64,000 bases of DNA from Podarcis tiliguerta (Eukaryota), in NCBI GenBank assembly GCA_965153285.1, contig OZ229112.1; one strand, written 5' to 3'. The position numbers and the translations under genes were made by a program. Shown piece after piece: positions 52,040 through 63,365 of this stretch (the first letter of the stretch is position 1; each line of letters begins with the position of its first letter). Under the pieces are notes generated by a model, which saw only the letters and a program-made list of their open reading frames with translations, made no database searches and was not told where the DNA came from.

Positions 52040-53729
52040 CAATGGCAGGGCCTCCTTGTTTCTTCTCTTCCAAAATGGCTGCTAAGTCCTTGTGCCTTGA
52101 TTTATGTTGCCGGCTCAGAAGCTGCTCTTGCTCTGGGCTTTTTACTTTCAAAAGCTGGTTTGCCTTCTTAATTTTTTGGCTGTACTGTCTTGCCATTGTG
52201 AAGACCCGGTTTTTTGTTTTATCCGCAGCATCCAGTTCATTGTCAGTACTTTCTGCATTTGCACTGCACAGAATACTACTGGCAGTTTCATAAAGACTAT
52301 CGACAAAAGCTCTCTCATTGGAGAGGGAAGATCTGTTGAGACTCATCAAGGAATTTGCTCTGCATGGTGTTTCCTTGCATAGCGATGCTTCCTCCTCAAA
52401 TCTGAGGTTGGCTTCACTCAACCTGGCAACTTTGTTGGGCAAAGCTTTTGGGAAAACAGGTGTTTCTGGCAGTGAGAGAGGGGGGAGTGAATATCCCACA
52501 TCTTTATTTAACTCACAAGTAGTTCTAGTAGGAGTGTTGTTGTCTATGTCATCTTTGCAGACAGGAAAAGCTGCAAGGACATGGTCTCTCGTCTTTTCCT
52601 CATTTTTCTTGATGTAATTCTCCAGGTCATTCCAGATTTCATCCACTTCCTCAGATAACTTGTCCGCAGCAGATTTGTGAGAGTGTGAATCAGAGTTTGA
52701 TGAGCTATCCACTAAGCTCAAATAATCATGATCTAATGGAACACAATGATAGGGATTTTCATCTTCACTAAAATGGAGGCTTTCCTCAGAAACAAACTGC
52801 CGCAGGTGGTCACAGCATGCAAAATCTGTTTCCAGACCCAGAAAACTCCTCTTTTTGGAACACTTAAGACGATCACATTTGAAATTTGTCAGTGATTGCT
52901 CTGGGAGGACTATGGTATCATAGATATTTTCCTCACTGATCCTTAGATCATGAGAGCTTACAGGTGGAGTTCCTCTCCTGGGAGTAGTTTCATTTCTGCT
53001 GGTAGAAACAGAGGTCCTGCTTTGAGGTGCCTGTCTTTTATTGAAAGCAATGTCTTGGTCTTGAGCCTCATAGAGTGAGTCTCTAGCTGACCCTTGTGGA
53101 GCACGGTCAGACGCTTCCCTACGAGTGAGACCCATTAGTTTCAAATCTTCAAAACTTATATTGTCATAGACATGATCTATGTCATCAATAGTCAGTTCTT
53201 CTGAAGATTCTAGGTACACCTGCAGATTGTCCATGTCACTCCTGGAACTTTTTATTTCATTCCAAGTAGCATTCTGACCAAGGTCATTTTTTCTGTATCT
53301 TGAAGCAGACGGAGAAGTTTTACTTTCCCCAGCACTGCTGGCCCGCCTCACAATTCTGTGAGAGTTAGAGTTAGAAATGTCCCTTTGATGAGCTAGCCCT
53401 ACGTGCCAGCTGCAAGGGCGGCCTGAAGGCTCTCTCTCTTCACAACCAATGGAAACCAAGTTGGATGTAGATTCTGACGGTACAAACATCTGATAATCAT
53501 CTTCGTCCTCTGTGTTCTCTTGTGGGGGGCGTCTGCTTGGGAACAGGGCTTGCCGAATCTGGTGGTCTGTCCAGATGTTTCTCACCGCATCTGTTCTGCC
53601 CAAAATATTCGCCATAAATGAGCTGTTTTGTGGTGCAAACTGCCGAGATGGATGACCACCTCCACCGCAGGAAAATGAAAGCTTTGCGTTGACCTGGGAA
53701 GGTGCTTCATTTGCAGGCTCCTTTGCATT
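52040..53729 (-). CDS. PLEKHG1: PLEKHG1 large penultimate exon
   Basis: 1690 nt open frame including the 533-aa ORF; ends ...KKQGGPAI G|GTATGG; acceptor CTTCATAG at 53730-53737. Confidence 0.93.
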
Positions 53730-54353
53730 CTATGAAGTTTTGAAACAGAGCACACTATTAGTCTATGATCTAACTAACATGCAGAATCGTAATCACATAT
53801 ACGAGGAGGGCAACCTTTACTGAAGTTGAGAGTCTCATTTCCTTGAGGGAAACTGGCTGGGTGCTACATATTGGTGCTGGACAGAGCCAAGACAAAAAGT
53901 GGGTGCGGACACCTCTTTTCCTTCTCTTTCTGTCTTTAATCCTCCCCCCTTCATCATCCATTCATCTCTCACACAAACCCCATGCACAAACACATACTCT
54001 ATTCATCAACCATCCATTCTGCCTCTCATGTACCCTAGCCATTCACAAGCATTTGTCTGCAGACCCCTCCACATGGTTCAGGACACCCAGGAGCCTCCGG
54101 GTTCCGTAGGCTACAATCTTGAACAGACACACAAATGAGTAAGTCCCTTTGAACACAGTCAGCGGGATTTACTCTCAAGAAACCAGGGATAGGGATGCAC
54201 TGCATTATTTTCCTGGCTTTTTAAAAGCGAAATTTGAATGCTCCTTTCCTTAAAACCTCCTTTGAAATGCCTGCAAAAGAAGACATTTTATTTCACACCA
54301 CTGAATACATTAAGTTGACAAATTATACAACCACTTTTCCATAAAGACTGTAC

Positions 54354-54470
54354 CTGAATTTCACATTTACTGAGATTAACACTTCTTCGTTTCTCAAAAT
54401 TTTCAGCAACTTGACTGTTTAACCTTTTGCGGCCTCCCTTTGGTTTCTGCTGGGAATTTTGTTGTGTGGT
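54354..54470 (-). CDS. PLEKHG1: PLEKHG1 probable symmetric (0/0) exon, 39 aa
   Basis: TTQQNSQQKPKGGRKRLNSQVAENFEKRRSVNLSKCEIQ; TTCTGTTTTCTGCAG acceptor, CAG|GTACAG donor. Confidence 0.72.
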
Positions 54471-55466
54471 CTGCAGAAAACAGAAGGGTTACAGTATGAC
54501 ACATAATCCTTTACAGAGAAAGCCTTCAGCCAAAGCCAAGTCTCAGAAATGTCAAATGTTCGACAAGATACTGCATTATTACAGTGGAAAGGACTCTCTG
54601 GTGGGGCCTCCTAAGCTGACAGAGGTCAGCAAAAGGCAGTGCGCTAACACAAAATGTTTTTGACAAAGGACATATATTTTTCTTGTTGCAGGGTAGATGG
54701 TGGGCTCCAGGAAGAGTATTCTGGAAGACATTGCTTTCTGATTGATATGGTAGCTGTAATGCCATCACTCTGAAAGCATGAGGATTCTACATTTCACGAA
54801 GTTTTGGGTGGTGGTATTTTCCTCTCAAATAAATGTACAATGGCTAGGAACATATGCAAGTCTTGTTATAAGCTCAGAAAGGCTGCCTGAGCACTGACAG
54901 GGAAAAGAGGAATGGCCCTTGGCCTCTAGAAATTTCCACAAAAAATGTAACGGATTATTACTATTTTTCAAAATAATATTATTATTTTAAAATAATAATC
55001 ATGTAAAAATATTTTGTACAAATATACACAAGTGGTGTATATTGTGTATAAATATAGACATGCAATATTTTTTTTCAGTATGAGGAAGGCACTGCAAAGA
55101 GAAGATGATGTCCCCTTTTCTCTCCCGGCATGAAAATTCACTCTCTCTCTCTCTCTCCCTCTCTCTCTCAGTGTATGCATTTTTAAATGTGTTTATCTAA
55201 ACACGTGATTTAAAAATGCAATTTAAATAACAACAACCACAACAACAACAGAAAACTGCATCACAAAATTTGGGGAAATGAAAATCCAAATAATCATTAC
55301 ATTCCAATTCACACACTTCCAATCTGGGAAGTGTGGATCAGGTAGGTTCGCATTGGAACTAACAGAAATAAATCCTTCAAGCACCAGTAATTCTCATCCT
55401 TTATGTACCCATATCTGACACACACCCTACTGTTCATCTTTCCATTTCACAAAGCAAGTTGGCTAC

Positions 55467-55652
55467 CTGTTCAGTCTCTTCTTCATCGTCAGCGTCAGTC
55501 TGATCCATCACACCAGTGAGGGCGTTATCCTCTTGGTCGCTACTATAGGCCACTTCATTGGAGTCCAGTCCTTTGTGATTCAGTGAAAACTTTTTCCTAG
55601 GACTGAGGAGGGCTTCAGCCTGAGATAGCAGGGTTCCTTCAATACTGATCCG
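55467..55652 (-). CDS. PLEKHG1: PLEKHG1 probable symmetric (0/0) exon, 62 aa
   Basis: RISIEGTLLSQAEALLSPRKKFSLNHKGLDSNEVAYSSDQEDNALTGVMDQTDADDEEETEQ; TTTTCCTTCCAAG acceptor, CAG|GTAGCC donor, no stops. Confidence 0.75.
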
Positions 55653-55839
55653 CTTGGAAGGAAAATATATATTTATATGAAGCACCAGGTCCCATCCTTC
55701 TCATTTTAAAGCTATAGCTAGATCAGCAGCTATTCTGATGTGGGTGCGTAGCACATTCACATATATATACACATACGCATTTACATAAATATGCAAATAT
55801 ATGTATATATAAACGTGCACACACGCACAAGCCACACAC

Positions 55840-56200
55840 GGTCTTCAAACAAAAACATCTTGGAGGTCCTGGGCCACAGGGAGGTTAGGCTGGCCTCAAA
55901 CAGAGCTAGGGCTTTTTCGGCTGTGGCTCTAATCTGGTGGAACGCTCTCTCACAAGAGACTAGGGCCCTGTGGGACTTGACATCTTTCCGCAGGGCCTGC
56001 AAGACAGAGCTGTTTCACCAGGCCTTTGGCCAGGGCACAGCCTGACCCCCTCCCTTGGCAATCCTCACAGAACTCTAGCCCAATGGTTGCCATTAATTTG
56101 ATTTGAATTGATTTTAGAATGAAATGATTTTAGAATGTTGTATTATTTTACTGTTGTTAGCCTCTCTGAGCCCAGCTTCGGCTGGGGAGGGCGGGATATA

Positions 56201-56236
<36 letters not shown>

Positions 56237-56237
56237 T
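55840..56237 (+). mobile_element. L2 LINE 3' end
   Basis: ORF2 C-terminus RAFSAVALIWWNALSQETR...FRRACKTELFHQAF, 3'UTR, (AAT)n tail at ~56200-56237. Confidence 0.82.
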
Positions 56238-57068
56238 ACATCATGTATTTGGTCTCTTTTTAAATCACCTCTCACATAGCTTTTATTTCTCAGTAGTAGA
56301 CACACACATCCTTCTGAAGATGACACACCGATGTATAGGAAATATATGTGGCTTAATATCAGAACACGGAGCAGTAAAAGGGCAGTGAAATGACCACGAG
56401 TTTAATGCAGAAGTGGGGATATTGCTGCCTTCCAGATGTTGTTGGGCTCCTGTTCCCATCAGCCACAGCCAATGGTCAAGAATGCTGGGAGCTGTAGTCC
56501 AGGAACATCTGGAGAACCATAGGTGGCCAATTTCTGGCTTAGAGGAATCAAGAGAGTATGTGGTAGGCAGCACTTCTTAGTCTCTTTGGTCTCTTTCCCC
56601 ACCCTTTGTTATGTTTCAAAACTGCACTACCACGACACCCAGCAGGGAACAGAGCTGGGATACCATTGAGGGGGGCAAAACGGGAGACAGTCATGTTTGA
56701 TGCATGGCACATAATCGATCAAGTGATTGCATAGCTCTATTCATTTCAGTGGCGACTGCACAAGAGATCTTCCAGGCGGATTGTTTGCATGTTATGGTTT
56801 GGAGAGGTGGGGGAATATTCAGATTTCCTGCCTCAGGTATAAAATGCTGTATGCCAACCCTGAGCTTATTGTTTGCAGTTGTGCACAACTGGAGGTAAAG
56901 AAGGGTAAGACCATGACAGCCACTAGGTGGCAGGCATGGATAACAATCGTAAGTGGAAAAATGAAAACAAACTGTTCTGAAGTTATAAAAAGTATTCAGT
57001 ACTTCAAATCTAACTTTTTTGAAAATGACTTTTAAGCTACTGGGGGTGGGGAGAATGATATGGCTTAC

Positions 57069-57091
57069 CTTTTTTGTGTCTGGGTCCATTT
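57069..57091 (-). CDS. PLEKHG1: PLEKHG1 23-nt microexon
   Basis: EMDPDTKK, TTTCAG acceptor, AAG|GTAAGC donor; converts phase 1 to phase 0, which the downstream exons require. Confidence 0.82.
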
Positions 57092-57557
57092 CTGAAATTA
57101 TTAGTGGGAAACAAAAAACAAAACAATCCTAAGTATCACTTAGTAAAAAAATTATGTTCCGCAGTTGTGGAAAACAGGTTTAAGTCTAAAACACCTGTTG
57201 ACTTTAAAATGGAAATTATAAACCAAAGTACTGCATTTAACATGGGCCCCATCAATAGATAAGGCAAGCATGCTTGAACATTTTTGTAATAAATTTATCC
57301 CATGTGAAAAACTCCCCCTGCATTCAAAACTGAAAGGTTTGCCTGCTGGTTTTTGAAGGTTGCTATTTTTGTGTGTCAAATATTTAACAAATCTGACATT
57401 TCTCCCCTACCAAGAGATTGAACACGACTCCCCCCCCCCCCCCCAGGACAACAGGTGTTTTTTTTACTTTACATAGACTTAATCAAACTCTTAAAGGTGC
57501 CTCATGATTTGTAATACTTAATGCATAATATCACATACAGGACAAATTGTAACTCAC

Positions 57558-57596
57558 CGCTTGGCTTTATGATTTTATGGGCTCTGGATGAAGGCT
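57558..57596 (-). CDS. PLEKHG1: PLEKHG1 39-nt exon
   Basis: EPSSRAHKIIKPS, CAG acceptor, GTGAGT donor. Confidence 0.9.
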
Positions 57597-58103
57597 CTGT
57601 GGGAAAAACACATGTGCTTTTGTTTAAAATGTTTATGCTGTCTCCTGATTTAAAAGTTATTATAAAAAAAGTATCCTAAATAAACCCAACTACAACCAAC
57701 AACAGCCAAAAGAGAAACAGTAACACCCCAGAAAAACTTAGCGGACTGCCCTGGACTTTGGTTTTACACCAAATTATATGTGTTAGTCAGTGCCAGGCAA
57801 AGAAGTTCTCAAAACAGGGCTTACACCAGGGATGGAGAACATGTGGCCTCCAGATGTTGTTGAACTTCAACTCCCATCAGCTCCAGCCAGCATGGCCAAT
57901 GGTCAGGAATGATGGGTGTTGTCGTTTGCTAACATCTGGAGGACCACAGTTTCCCTACCTCTTCCATAGGGCTTGGTGCTGCTATTGAAGAGGCACTCAC
58001 CACATTTCTGATGGTGGGGGACCAGGAAGTACAAGGACCTTTTTGGATGACTTGACTGTAAAAGAATGTTCCTATAGGAAACCACAACAAAATATTTTAT
58101 TAC

Positions 58104-58199
58104 CTGACTTCCTTCTCACCCTCTGTGGGGCGATTCCTTCTTTAGAATTACTCGATGCTTTCATTTCTCCTTCTGGGCTATAATGGAATCCTGGGTGAT
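58104..58199 (-). CDS. PLEKHG1: PLEKHG1 exon
   Basis: 96 nt, [32 protein letters not shown]. Confidence 0.92.
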
Positions 58200-58365
58200 C
58201 TATAAAGAAATTAGAGAAACAATATGTAAGTATGGCTTCATACATCAGGTGCGCTTTTGGAGAAGACTTTATGATGACAGCATTACATTTCTCAAGGCTT
58301 CGTCACAAACAAAACTTAGAATAGGACAATGCAGGGAGAAGCAGGCTTGGTTTTAAAGGCTGGAG

Positions 58366-58501
58366 CAGGCATGTGCAAACTTGGCTCTCCAGATGTTTTG
58401 GGACTACAACTCTCATCACCCCTAGCTAACAGGACCAGTGGTCAGGGATGATGGGAATTGTAGTCCAAAAACATCTGGAGGGCCAAGTTTTCCTATGCCT
58501 G
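58366..58501. mobile_element. Palindromic hAT-type MITE
   Basis: Whole element is a fold-back; 8-bp TSD GGCTGGAG; older copies at ~16022-16158, ~56408-56537, ~57826-57961. Confidence 0.88.
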
Positions 58502-58913
58502 GGCTGGAGTCACCTAGGAACAATTTGAGAATGCCCTCTGATTGTTCCCAAGGATACTTTTCAGTTTTATTTCATATTAGTGAATGGCTTTGAGAGGGAT
58601 GCTTGGGAAATGTCTTGGGTAGCAACATACAAGCTATGTAAATGTCTTTCACTCCACAAATAATTTTGGAGAAGACATTCTGCATGCATAATAGCAGTCC
58701 CTTGGAAGGGTGATATTAAAAATGAATTGAAAAGACAGCATAGTTCATCATTAATTATTTAATGTGCTCTTATTAAGAATCTCAAAACACAAGGTGATGT
58801 ACGAGCTGGCAAAACTTTCCTAAGCAGAAAACTTTTATCCTGCTTGTGGTTGCCAATGTTTTATAGAAGGGAAATAGAGAGTCACACTGAACAACACTGT
58901 TGCCAAAACCAGT

Positions 58914-59200
58914 TGTTGTTTAGTCATCTTAGTCGTGATTGACTCTCCGTGACCTCATGAACCAGAGCATGCCTTGGAAACTCTCACTTCCTTCTCAAAG
59001 TTTCTCCTTTTTTATGTCCATGGAGTTCTCTTGGCAAAATACTGGAGTGGTTTCCCAGTTCCTTCTCAAGGTGGATCACATTTAGTCTAAACTCTTGGCT
59101 ATGACCTGTCTGTCTTGGGTGCCCTGCATGGCATAACTCATAGCTTCTCTGAGTTATTCAAGCCCCTTCGTCAAGACAAGGCAGTGATCCACGGAGGGGA
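58914..59200 (-). mobile_element. BovB/RTE internal-deletion derivative (5' end fused to 3' tail)
   Basis: 5' ATCACTGCCTTGTC..GAAGGGGCTTG and CCACTCCAGTATTTTGCC motifs, 3' CACGACTAAGATGACTAAACAAC; 10-bp TSD CAAAACCAGT. Confidence 0.8.
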
Positions 59201-60009
59201 CAAAACCAGTACACAACCCTAAAACTGGGGTGGCTTAGCTCTATGACGGAGGGAGAAACTGCCTCACCTTGTAGAATTCTCCCCAACAAGGAATATAAAA
59301 GCTCTTCATAAATACACACGGATGTAGAACATTGCCTATCATATAATTTTGCTAGTTCCTAATAAAGTTCAAAAATGAATAGGCTATATATTATATAATC
59401 TTACTGAAATTCCTTACAAAGTCAGGTGACAACTTCAAAGGGTCAGGTGACTGACACTGATAGCGTGCTTTCAAAGGGACTTGCTGTAACCACCAATCAG
59501 CCAATGGGGAACTGCCTAGCAGAGTCAATCCCACTGGGGCTCACCGGCAGCACCAATCATCCAAACACTATTACTTTTGTGCAGCCATGTCTGAAAATAT
59601 TTAGTTAACTGCTACTAGCAAAGATTCTCCATTACGGGTCCTGTAAACAGTGGTGGTAGCAGCAACTTTTTCTGAGTGTGTGTCATGTACATTCTCAGTA
59701 ATCCTTATAAGAATTCTTTAAAATAGGCCAGCAATATTATTATCATGTCAGAGATCTGAGCTTAGACACTGTGACACATGGAAGTTTGAGTTTGTGGCTA
59801 GTGTATCTACCTTACTGAAACAAATTGTGCAAGAGGGAAAGTATCTAAAAGTCTCACCCATGTTCTTATTCAAAAGCTCTGAGCCAGAACCAGAAAACAT
59901 TGTGACAGCTAAGATGAATGCATCCAGTTGTCTTATTACGCATTTTCCTTAGTTTTTTAATTAACAAAAATTAAAATGCAAATGAATAGTTATATGCAAA
60001 TATACTTAC

Positions 60010-60043
60010 AGATAGCATCCATTTCAAGAATTGCTTGCTTGGC
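60010..60043 (-). CDS. PLEKHG1: PLEKHG1 34-nt exon
   Basis: AKQAILEMDAI, CAG acceptor, GTAAGT donor. Confidence 0.92.
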
Positions 60044-60341
60044 CTGAAAAAACAAAAACAAATATTGTGCATAAACCATATGAACTTGCTTAACACCTCA
60101 GCAATAGTCCTTCCCCCAGACTCTGGGTCCTCGGCTGGTGCACCACCACACCAAACCTTCTAAAACCTGAAAGGCAACATTGGTTTCAAAACTGCCCTGA
60201 TTCAAGTGAACTTGGTGGAATGGAATTCATGTGCTGTTATCATAATGTGGCTACCCAGATGCATCTATCACAGAAGACTAAAATACACATATTTTATTTT
60301 TAACATATCCACACTCTTAAAAAGGCGGGTTTTAAAAAGGA

Positions 60342-60699
60342 GGGACGCGGGTGGCGCTGTGCGTTAAAGCCTCAGCGCCTAGGGCTTGCCGATCGAAAGG
60401 TCGGCGGTTCGAATCCCCACGGCGGGGTGCGCTCCCGTTGTTCAGTCCCAGCGTCTGCCAACCTAGCAGTTCGAAAGCACTCTCGGGTGCAGGTAGATAA
60501 ATAGGGACCGCTTACTAGCGGGAAGGTAAACGGCGTTTCCGTGTGCGGCTCTGGCTTGCCAGAGCAGCGATGTCACGCTGGCCACGTGACCCGGAAGTGT
60601 CTTCGGACAGCGCTGGCCCCCGGCCTCTTTGAGTGAGATGGGCGCACAACCCTAGAGTCTGTCAAGACTGGCCCATATGGGCAGGGGTACCTTTACCTT
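60342..60699 (+). mobile_element. Sauria SINE, full length
   Basis: GGGACGCGGGTGGCGCTGTG head, GGTTCGAATCC B box, ACCTTT tail, flanked by TTAAAAAGG-like duplication. Confidence 0.92.
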
Positions 60700-60704
60700 A
60701 AAAA

Positions 60705-60940
60705 GGCACCAAGCAAAAAAGTTCCTTTTTTAACCAGGCCTTTGGTTTATTTGATAGACATCCTATGCCTTTTTAAAAATAATAATAAAAATAAAAATGT
60801 GTGCGGGTGTTATTAGGTTGTTATTGTTTCTATTTTGATTCTATATTTTGTGGTTTTATATTTTGATTTTGTTCTGTGAACTGCTCTGAGACCTCCGTAT
60901 ATAGGGCGATATATAAATTCAACCAATCAATCAATCAACA
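60705..60940 (+). mobile_element. L2-like 3' fragment
   Basis: CCAGGCCTTTGG ORF end, GTGAACTGCTCTGAG...GGGCGATATATAAAT tail motif, (AATC)n. Confidence 0.55.
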
Positions 60941-60981
60941 GAAATACAAACAAACAAATAAGGCAGTTGTTAATATTTTAC

Positions 60982-61068
60982 CTTGGCTGGGATTTTGGCA
61001 GGGTGGTTTTCAAGAATTAATCTCTTCAAGTGAAGAATCCAAAGGCGCTTATCTTGCTGTGATTTGGC
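60982..61068 (-). CDS. PLEKHG1: PLEKHG1 exon (PH domain C-terminal helix)
   Basis: 87 nt, [29 protein letters not shown]. Confidence 0.95.
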
Positions 61069-61567
61069 CTGTTACAAGTTGCAAGAATGCAATGAGTTAT
61101 AGCTAGACATGAAGGAGTGACGGTAGGTAACACCAGACAATAAATTTAGCAGAGTCAAGGGTTGAGCGTGAAGAAGGCTCTGACTTCCAGTGGATGGGAT
61201 AGGGGAGAGATGGGGAATCTGTTGCCATCCCCATCATCTCTAGCCATGCTGCCCGAGAGTTCAGCAACATCTGAGAGAGTCATGCCTTGGCTCCACTACA
61301 TCCTTCTATGGCCATCAGAATAAAATGCTTTTAGTATATTTCTGAATATTATTCTATGTCTGGTAGCTGACAACAATTTATAAAACCAAATTTAATTCTT
61401 TAACACAATTGGCAACTAACATGAAAATGATGAGACAGCAAAGCTGAACACCACAGGCTGTAATAGTGCCTTGTGTGTCTGCATGCCCTAGTTCCTTGTC
61501 TTCCCCCCTCTATGAGGTTATCATGTTGCTCCTGTGCAGATTAGTGGTTTGGGCAGGATAAGAATTA

Positions 61568-62088
61568 CCGTATTTTTCGTCCTATAGGGTGCACCGGCCC
61601 ATAGGACGCACCTCGTTTTTTTTTGGGGGGGGGAATGAATTATAAAAATTATTCCCTTCCCCAGCTGCAGCTGCCGCCCCAAGCCTTGCGGACACTCGCC
61701 CAAAGCATGGGGAGTCCTCCGGAGGGCTCCCCGTGCTTTGGGCGGCAGGCTGCCACCCCAAGCCTCGCGCGCTCGGCGGGACCTCCTGTCGGGTGCGCAA
61801 GGCTTGCGGACACTCGCCCAAAGCACGGGGAGTCCTCCGGAGGGCTCCCCGTGCTTCGGGCGGCAGGCTGCTGCCCGCAAGCCTTGTGAGCCCGTGGGAA
61901 CTCCCACAGGGCTTGCAAGGCTTGCGGATAGCTTCTTGAAGCCTGGAGAGCAAGAGGGGTCGGTGCGCACCGATGCCTCTCGCTCTCCAGGCTTCAGCGA
62001 AAGCCTGCATTCGCCCCATAGGACGCACACACATTTCCCCTTCATTTTTGGAGGGGAAAAAGTGCGTCCTATGGGGCGAAAAATACGG
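61568..62088. mobile_element. Tc1/mariner-type non-autonomous element with GC-rich internal repeats
   Basis: TIRs CCGTATTTTTCG / CGAAAAATACGG, TA flanks, subterminal CCCATAGGACGCAC repeats. Confidence 0.85.
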
Positions 62089-62461
62089 TACTTCTGCATA
62101 ACCAGTATAACATGCTGTGTGGTGCAGGGCAGGCTGGGTTGCTTGTTCCTGAAGAGATCTGCTAGAATGGGAAGCAGGCACTGTTTCTATATATATCTGT
62201 ATCTATTCACCCACAAAACTCATCCCATTAGTCATTTTATTTTCCAAGTCACAGTAATGTTCATTGACCTCACTATACTTTTCTAAAATTGACCTGTGGT
62301 TTCCTCCTCCAAGAATTAACTAAGATCAGAATTGAGGCCTACTGTTCAAAATTCAGTGAAATAAAGGGTTTCCAAAATATTATTATCAGTTTCAGGCACA
62401 CGAGCAGTTTCCAAGTCCCTACTTGTCTAATTCTCAAAGTGCAAAGATGAAACAGAAGCTG

Positions 62462-62676
62462 AGGGTCAAACTAGGTATGCACTTAAACAGGTAGAATGCA
62501 GTTGCATCTTTTGTTTCTTTCCTTCAGGGCCAGGGAGCCCAAATCATAACATGGAGCCAGCTGGATGGAAGGGGAGAGATCATAGAGATCAGAATGAAAA
62601 CCATTGCTCTCTCTCAATCTTAGGAAAAATTCCCCATTGGTGCAACATTTTTAAGTGCATGTCCAATTTGCCCCTT
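62462..62676. mobile_element. Old MITE with degenerate TIRs
   Basis: AGGGTCAAACTAGGTATGCACTTAAA / TTTAAGTGCATGTCCAATTTGCCCCT. Confidence 0.5.
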
Positions 62677-62933
62677 AGGGTATTAAAAGCAGTTCATGTT
62701 CCCACTGCATGAGTGCATTAATTTGGGATTGTACTGCCTTCCAAAAGGAAGGGGGCAATTGGATAGATTGAGATCATAGGAAATAGGGCCTGGTTTTCCT
62801 GCACAAAACTGGGAGTGGAATACTATCTACGTGGTGCAAACTTCAGTTACAATACACAGGATACATATCAGGAAAATTATATCCTTAATAACATGTTTCA
62901 GAATGCATTCAGTATGTTATGGCTTTTAAATAC

Positions 62934-63029
62934 CTGAACAGTATGTTGCATCTTGGGATTTTTGTAATGGAAGACACTAAAGCTCAGAGGCTCCTTTGGT
63001 ATGACTTCCACTAGCATGAGATTGCCACA
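62934..63029 (-). CDS. PLEKHG1: PLEKHG1 exon (PH domain)
   Basis: 96 nt, [32 protein letters not shown]. Confidence 0.95.
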
Positions 63030-63182
63030 CTGCAACACAGAGAAAGGCTTGTCAGAGGAAGATCTTGTGCACAGAATGGGTATTTATATTTTGGACATTT
63101 TGACATAGTCCATTTCCTCTCCTTTGCAGCCCTTGGGCTGCTTGTTCCCTTAGCCTCCTCCTGCAAGTACAAACAGACCTAC

Positions 63183-63365
63183 CAAGATATGAGCTTTGTA
63201 GGTGAAAGTCTCTTCCCTCTTCTTCGTAATGAGCAGCAGCTTGTCAAAGAGGAACAGAGTGCGCTCATTTTTGGCTCTCTGGATGCGGAATGTTCCTTCC
63301 AAAACCAACTCGCCGTAACTAGCAAGGTCCGGTCCCTTCCAGTTAGTGAGTAAGCTTTGTATCTC
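63183..63365 (-). CDS. PLEKHG1: PLEKHG1 exon (DH-PH linker / PH domain start)
   Basis: 183 nt, [61 protein letters not shown]. Confidence 0.96.

Larger units (their letters stand above)
50156..63365 (-). other. PLEKHG1: PLEKHG1 gene span, last 11 coding exons (5' part right of the window); DH-PH RhoGEF
   Basis: PH-domain exons plus C-terminal motifs ([74 protein letters not shown]) recognised as PLEKHG1; upstream neighbour of MTHFD1L. Confidence 0.95.

Noticed and set aside
58366-58501. Pre-miRNA-like hairpin
   Set aside because: The 8-bp TSD and multiple related copies identify it as a MITE; no expression evidence.
61521-62286. 182-199 aa ORFs on both strands
   Set aside because: They lie mostly within a GC-rich non-autonomous transposon with internal repeats; no transposase motifs.
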